This document shows, in pieces, positions 58,150 through 64,000 of a stretch of DNA of 64,000 nucleotides. Both the position numbers and the translations under genes were made by a program. The stretch lies in assembly GCF_009914755.1 (NCBI RefSeq), contig NC_060929.1; one strand, 5' to 3'. The stretch's first letter is position 1. Each line of letters starts with the position of its first letter. The notes below the pieces were generated by a model that was not told the DNA's origin, did no database searches, and worked only from the letters and a program-made list of their open reading frames with translations. Origin of the DNA: the human T2T-CHM13v2.0 reference genome, Homo sapiens.

Positions 58150-58720
58150 ATAATAATAATGATGATCAAAATAAGACTATTAGCCATCATGTACTCTGTA
58201 TTATTTATATGCCAGGTTCTCTGCTGTGAACATGTATTACCTCATTTCATGTTCATAATAGCCTTATAAATTAGGTACTGTTAACAGCCCTGTTAGTTTC
58301 TTTCCGCTACCTCCATGTTATCATTGCATTATTGGTATGTATTGATAAATGGCATTTTCCAATTTTTATATTTCTTTTTATAGTTATGCCCCAGAAGCTA
58401 ACAGAAACCATATACTTAATAGTAATCACTTATATATTTACAGAGCACTAAACACTATTCTAAGACAGCTATATGTACAGGAATATATAAAGATGTATGA
58501 ATACAGGCATATGTACATACAGATATTCATATATTCATTAATCCTCACAACCATTTGATTAAGTAGGTATCCTGATTATTATCCAGTTTTACGGATGAGG
58601 AACCTAGGCGGTGAGAGTTAAATTACAGGCGTTAAATCAAAAGCTGGTAGGCAGTGGGTCCAGGATTTGAACTCAGTCAGGCAAGCTGTAGAATCCAAGT
58701 TTATAGCCACTATTCACTAT
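58150..58720 (-). mobile_element. MIR fragments
   Basis: TATGCCAGG...CCTCATTT and TAATCCTCACAACC...TTTTACGGATGAGGAACCTAGG...GGATTTGAACTCAG. Confidence 0.65.
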
Positions 58721-58850
58721 TTAGTTTTTAGACCTGCTGCCTTAATGATTACATTTGCTATTTATTTTAAAAGACAATAACATTTTTACAAGTGAAATAC
58801 TATAGTGTTGTGTGATATAAAGGAAAGCAAAAAATGCTGTCAGAAACTTA

Positions 58851-59571
<721 letters not shown>

Positions 59572-60229
59572 AAAAGTTGAACCACATTCTTTAATTAAGG
59601 TAATCAGTATGAGAAGCATTTATTGATATCTCTAATAGCTAAATTGTCTGTATTTTTAATTGATAGAATGCCATTGTAAGTCATTATTGGCAGAAGGAGA
59701 CACATTGCTCAGTGATGTTTACCAAACCACTGATGTACCCTAGCCTTGCACTTGACTGAGATGACAGATGTTAAAATGACCTTATTCTGATTGCTTCCTA
59801 TGGGACATGCATCTGAAAGAAGTCGGGAATACAGGCAATTTTACCTTAGGTCATTATTAACTTAGGTTCATAAAGATGCTTTCAAACATAGTCATAAGAA
59901 TTAACATGGTTTTGCATGAATTCCCTCAACTTTAGTATGTATTGCTTGGTTTTAGTTTGTTTTTTTTTTTGTTTGTTTGTTTTTTGGCATGAGATTGGAA
60001 AAGACATTGGGAGGTATGGGGGAGGCAATTACAAATACAAGTGTAAAATATTTTATATTTTTAATAAATCTTTAGCTGGGAAGGTGGCAAGCTGCTATTT
60101 GTGAAGTTCAAAGTACTGTAACCATGCGATACTCTAGCAATTTTTCATTTTTAGTTTTTTTAAAATTTAAATGCACAAAATAGATATCCACAATTTTTTG
60201 ATTCACAACATATTCTTGTTGTCCAACAT

Positions 60230-61060
60230 GGCCATGGCTAGCTTTTACTTGTTTAATTGGTTGTTTGTTTACTTTTAATAATAAAATAAGCACCTATAAC
60301 TCCACTATCTAAAACAAAAGCATAGGTCTGGAGAATAACAACAACAAAATAACCATGTGATCTCCTGTCCCCTCCCCTTGACTTCCTGAGACTAAAGTAA
60401 ACATGATCTTGAATGTCTTGATCATCAGCCCCTTCCTTTCTCTTTAAATGATTTTATTCCATCCTTATTCCTAAAACAATAAACATTTTTGTATCATTAT
60501 TTTTCACTTTATGAAAAGGTATATCAGGGTATGTGTAATCTTTTGGAACTTAGTTTTTCTACTTAATATAATACTACTAAGATAGGTTATCTTTTACATG
60601 TCACCGCATTGCATTTATTTTGAGTACTATGTAATTCTATATCTGAGGTTTGTTCATCTACTCTTCCCCTGTTAGATCATAGGTTAGGAGTTTTTCCCCT
60701 ATTGTGAACATCTATGTCACAATCTTATTATCCTGTTCTACATATGCAAGTGTTTCTCTGGAATATATATCTAGGTGTGGAATTGCCAGGTCATAAGCAA
60801 TGAGTGTTCAACTTTAGGAGAAATATATTTTCCAAAGTGGTTGTATCATTTGTATATCCACCCATAATACATAAAAGATCTAGTTGTTCTAAACCCTCCC
60901 AACATTTGATATTGTCAGACTTTTTAGTTTTGCAGATTGAATGGGTGAACATTGTCTCTTATTTTAAGCTTAATTTTTTTTCCTGATTATTGTGATGATG
61001 AACATCTGTTTATGAAAAAGATAAAATTAGCCATTTTAGGAATTTTAATATTAACCGGTT
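60230..61060 (-). mobile_element. Old L1ME-like 3' region
   Basis: ATCTAGGTGTGGAATTGCCAGGTCATA...TTCCAAAGTGGTTGTA...AACATTTGATATTGTCAGACTTTT. Confidence 0.7.
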
Positions 61061-61119
61061 TGTAGCCCATAATTTCTCTGTCCTATAAAAATATTTCTAT
61101 ATGTTTTATTAATTTAGAT

Positions 61120-61335
61120 CAAAGGCCAGCAAACTTTTCTGTAAAACAATAAATATTTTTGGATTTGCACAGCAGATGGTTTCTGTCGTGACTACTCAGC
61201 TCTTCCTTTTAGCAAGAAAGTACCCATGGGTAATACATAAACAAATGGAGTGTGGCTGTGTTCCAATAAAAGTTTATTTTCAAAAACAAAGGGTGGACCA
61301 GATCTGGCTTATAGGCTGTAGTTTGCTGATTCATG
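61120..61335 (+). mobile_element. hAT-Charlie MITE, MER58A
   Basis: CAAAGGCCAGCAAACTTTTCTGTAAA...GGCTGTGTTCCAATAAAAGTTTATTT...GTAGTTTGCTGATTCATG. Degenerate 8-bp TSD ATTTAGAT / CTTCAGAT. Confidence 0.85.
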
Positions 61336-61689
61336 CTTCAGATTGCCAGAGATCTTCATTGGACTGTAGATCATGGATATGTTACAAGTATATCTAGTAG
61401 CAGTCTATCTACTAGTCTTTAACATATCGTGGATATGTTACTAGTCTATCTACTAGCAGAGTAGCCGGTCCTCAGTTGAAATCATCACAATGCATTGAAC
61501 ATATACTTTCTGTATGGTATATTATAGTATATTATATCATTGTATTATAAAATACATTTATTTTTCAGGCTGTAAGTAGCAAGAAAGATACATTTAAACT
61601 TTTCCAAACACAACTTCAAATTCAACAAATAAATCAAACCTTTATAATGCTGGCTATTTTTTTTTTTTCTGCAACAGCTCAGCAAGAGA

Positions 61690-61835
61690 GATTCTATTTT
61701 GCCCAATTTATGAATGAGGAAATTGAGATTCAGAGAATCTAAGTAATTTGCTTACAATGGTACAGGGAATAAATAGCAAAACGTGGTATTGGAATTTGGA
61801 TTTGCCTGGCCCCAAAGCTTGTACTTCTTTGACTG
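61690..61835 (-). mobile_element. MIR
   Basis: ATGAGGAAATTGAGATTCAGAGA...AAGTAATTTGC...CCCAAAGC. Confidence 0.65.
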
Positions 61836-61848
61836 AAGTGTGCTTCCA

Positions 61849-62140
61849 TGACCAGGCATGGTGACTCATGCCTGTAATCCCAACTCTTTGGGAGGCCGAG
61901 GCGGGTGGATCACTTGAGATCAGGAGTTTGAGACCAGCCTGGCTAACATGGCGAAACCTCATCTCTACTAAAAATACAAAAATTAGCCAGGTATGGTGGC
62001 AGGCGCTTGTAATTCCAGCTACTCAGGAGGCCAAGGCAGGAGAATGTTTGAACCTGGGAGCTGGAGGTTGTAGTGAGCAGAGCTCACACCACTGCACTTT
62101 AGCCTGGGGGACAGAGTGAGACTCAGTATCAAAAAAAAAA
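61849..62140 (+). mobile_element. AluS (Sx/Sz-like)
   Basis: Dimeric Alu with TSD AAGTGTGCTTCCA (61836-61848) / AAGTGTGCTCCCA (62141-62153). Confidence 0.93.
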
Positions 62141-63119
62141 AAGTGTGCTCCCAAGGTGTCCACATAGAATGAGGAATCAGTGTGATTTTACTTCTGTATC
62201 CTAACAGTTACTATTGCTAACATTACAGAGAGATTTTTTTTTAAAAAAATATGCCCAACACTCTGCTGTCTTTTGCATGCAGTATCTCTTTTAATCTTTA
62301 TTAAAGTCTTTAATACTGATGTTATAGTACTCTGTTGCACACACAAAAAAACGTGTATTATAAAGTAAGTTGCCTAAAGTCACATAGCTAGTAATTTGCT
62401 CAGTCAAAAATTACACAGAAGCAGGAAAGCTGGTGCCCTCAGGGACTCTGTCTCACTGCACCTCTGTCTCACTGCCACCCATCTGACCACATAAACACAA
62501 AGTGAATGAGTAACTCTTCCAGGAAAAATGCAGGCATTTCATTAAAAATACTGGCCATGTAGCTGTCTGGCTATGAGTTATCATCATATACCTTATTACC
62601 ATTCACATTTTCCTGAAACATATACTTTTCCTCCAGAGTCATAAAATACCTTGTGCTATACAGACCTTGATTTCCATAATCCAGGTTATTTCTTTCTCAG
62701 AAATGTTGTCACTATTTCCTTTGGAGAGCAGAAAGAAGCTTCTTTCTCGGAGATTATCATTATGGCATGATTGTCAAAATACTACTGAAAGGGGCTCTGC
62801 AAAAATGTGCCCTTTGAGAAGATGTACTTGTTTGCCTGAATTGAGAGACATTCATAATAATGGCTTGCCTTTCTCTTTACCTACCTTCCTGCCTTTCTGT
62901 CTTCCTTCCTTCTTTCCTTATTTTCTCCATCCAAAGCTTACTTAATCATTTATATTTTTAATCATGTATCTTTTTATTCAGGCAATAATTACTTAGTTGG
63001 CGACTACTATCTGTCAGTCATTGAACTCACATAAAAAGATGACTAGAATGTGGTCATTGCCCTAAGGAAAAATACAGTAAAGGAAAGAGAAGTAGGTATA
63101 AAACGAGTAAGTCCTCTAA

Positions 63120-63259
63120 AGCCTTGCTACTCAATGTTGATTCACCTGGGAGCTTGTTAAAAAATGCAGAATGGCAGGCCCCACCTCAGACCAACTGAAT
63201 CACAATCTGCATTTAGCAAAGGTGCACTTGTGTGCACAGTAAAGTCTGAGAAGTCCTGC
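63120..63259. mobile_element. MER5A/MER5A1 hAT MITE
   Basis: TCACCTGGGAGCTTGTTAAAAAATGCAGAAT..CAGGCCCCACCTCAGACC..CTGAATCA...AAAGTCTGAGAAG. Confidence 0.8.
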
Positions 63260-63631
63260 AATGCAGTATTGTCACAGCTGTATAGTCAGTGTCATTGTGG
63301 AAGACAAAGGAAGCAGAGGTCGCTTTTCCAGAATGGGAATAGATATTTTAGGAAATGCTTCATAGGTAGCGATGCCTGAGCTGGGTCTTACGAAAGTATG
63401 GATATTTGCCAGGGAGACAAGAAGTAAAGGTAGCTTACAGAAAGAGAGAAGGAAGCATAGACTGTGGCTGCAAGAGAAGCCTGAAGCAACTCCATGTTTT
63501 TAGAGAAGCACAGGGATGTCAATGGAGAGCAGATGGAAGCAGATGTCCCACAATGATACTGGGACACATCTGTGGACAGGAGTCTGGCCAACCACCAGGT
63601 CAGTTAAGGGTTTTGGATCTATTCTGTGAAC

Positions 63632-63794
63632 CAGTGCTTTAGTCTTGGCTACAAATTATAATTACTCTGGAAAACTGAATACAGATACTTGGGCCCTGCT
63701 CTCAGAAACTCTGGTTTAATTGGTCCGGGATGAGATTTTTTTTTTTAAGTTCCCTAGGTGATGCAGATGTGTGCAGAATGGATTGAGTCCACTG
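63632..63794. mobile_element. MER5A-like hAT MITE
   Basis: CAGTG...CTCTGGTTTAATTGGTC...CCCTAGGTGAT...CCACTG termini. Confidence 0.7.
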
Positions 63795-64000
63795 TTTTAG
63801 GCAATTGAAAGCCTTTGACAGGTTTTAAGTAGGAAAGTAGAGTGATCCAAACACTGTGTTGGTGTCCAGAGACTGCTCATATAGGAGAGATAATGTGGAT
63901 GTGAGCCAGAGGAAACCTAAAGGGACCAGGTAGGTGACCTAACCCTAACCGTGGGGACTGATCTGGTATTACTCAATAAAGGAGAGACTAGGCCAGGGGC

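Larger units (their letters stand above)
62870..64000 (-). mobile_element. L2 (antisense) interrupted by two MER5-type MITEs
   Basis: TCATT..TTATTCA tail, GATGCCTGAGCTGGGTCTT, TAAGGGTTTTGGATCTATTCTG and GGTTTTAAGTAGG. Confidence 0.6.

Overview
AT-rich, CpG-poor mammalian non-coding DNA. It is almost certainly human, because it carries an Alu with all five AluYa5 diagnostic bases. I find no credible protein-coding gene, RNA gene, CpG island or CRISPR array, and the ORFs in the supplied track are repeat-derived or random. Roughly half the window is interspersed repeats. These include a solo ERV1 LTR1-family LTR with a perfect 4-bp TSD, a near-complete dead ERVL provirus with MLT2D-type LTRs (gag-pro-RT-RNaseH-IN-dUTPase remnants), many MaLR solo LTRs, a TSD-bounded L1MA that keeps its 5' end but lacks ORF1, a 5'-inverted L1PB, seven Alu-family elements, MIR/L2 fragments and hAT MITEs. 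The best leads are a repeat-free block (~45.0-49.1 kb) rich in SOXE-dimer, PBX-HOX, MEIS and FOX motifs, several plus-strand exon-like segments that could form an lncRNA, the ORF1-less L1, an LTR-derived patch inside the ERVL pol gene, and several template-switch scars. I see no evidence for a wholly new biological system. Repeat subfamily names come from my recall of consensus sequences, and boundaries of old repeats are approximate.
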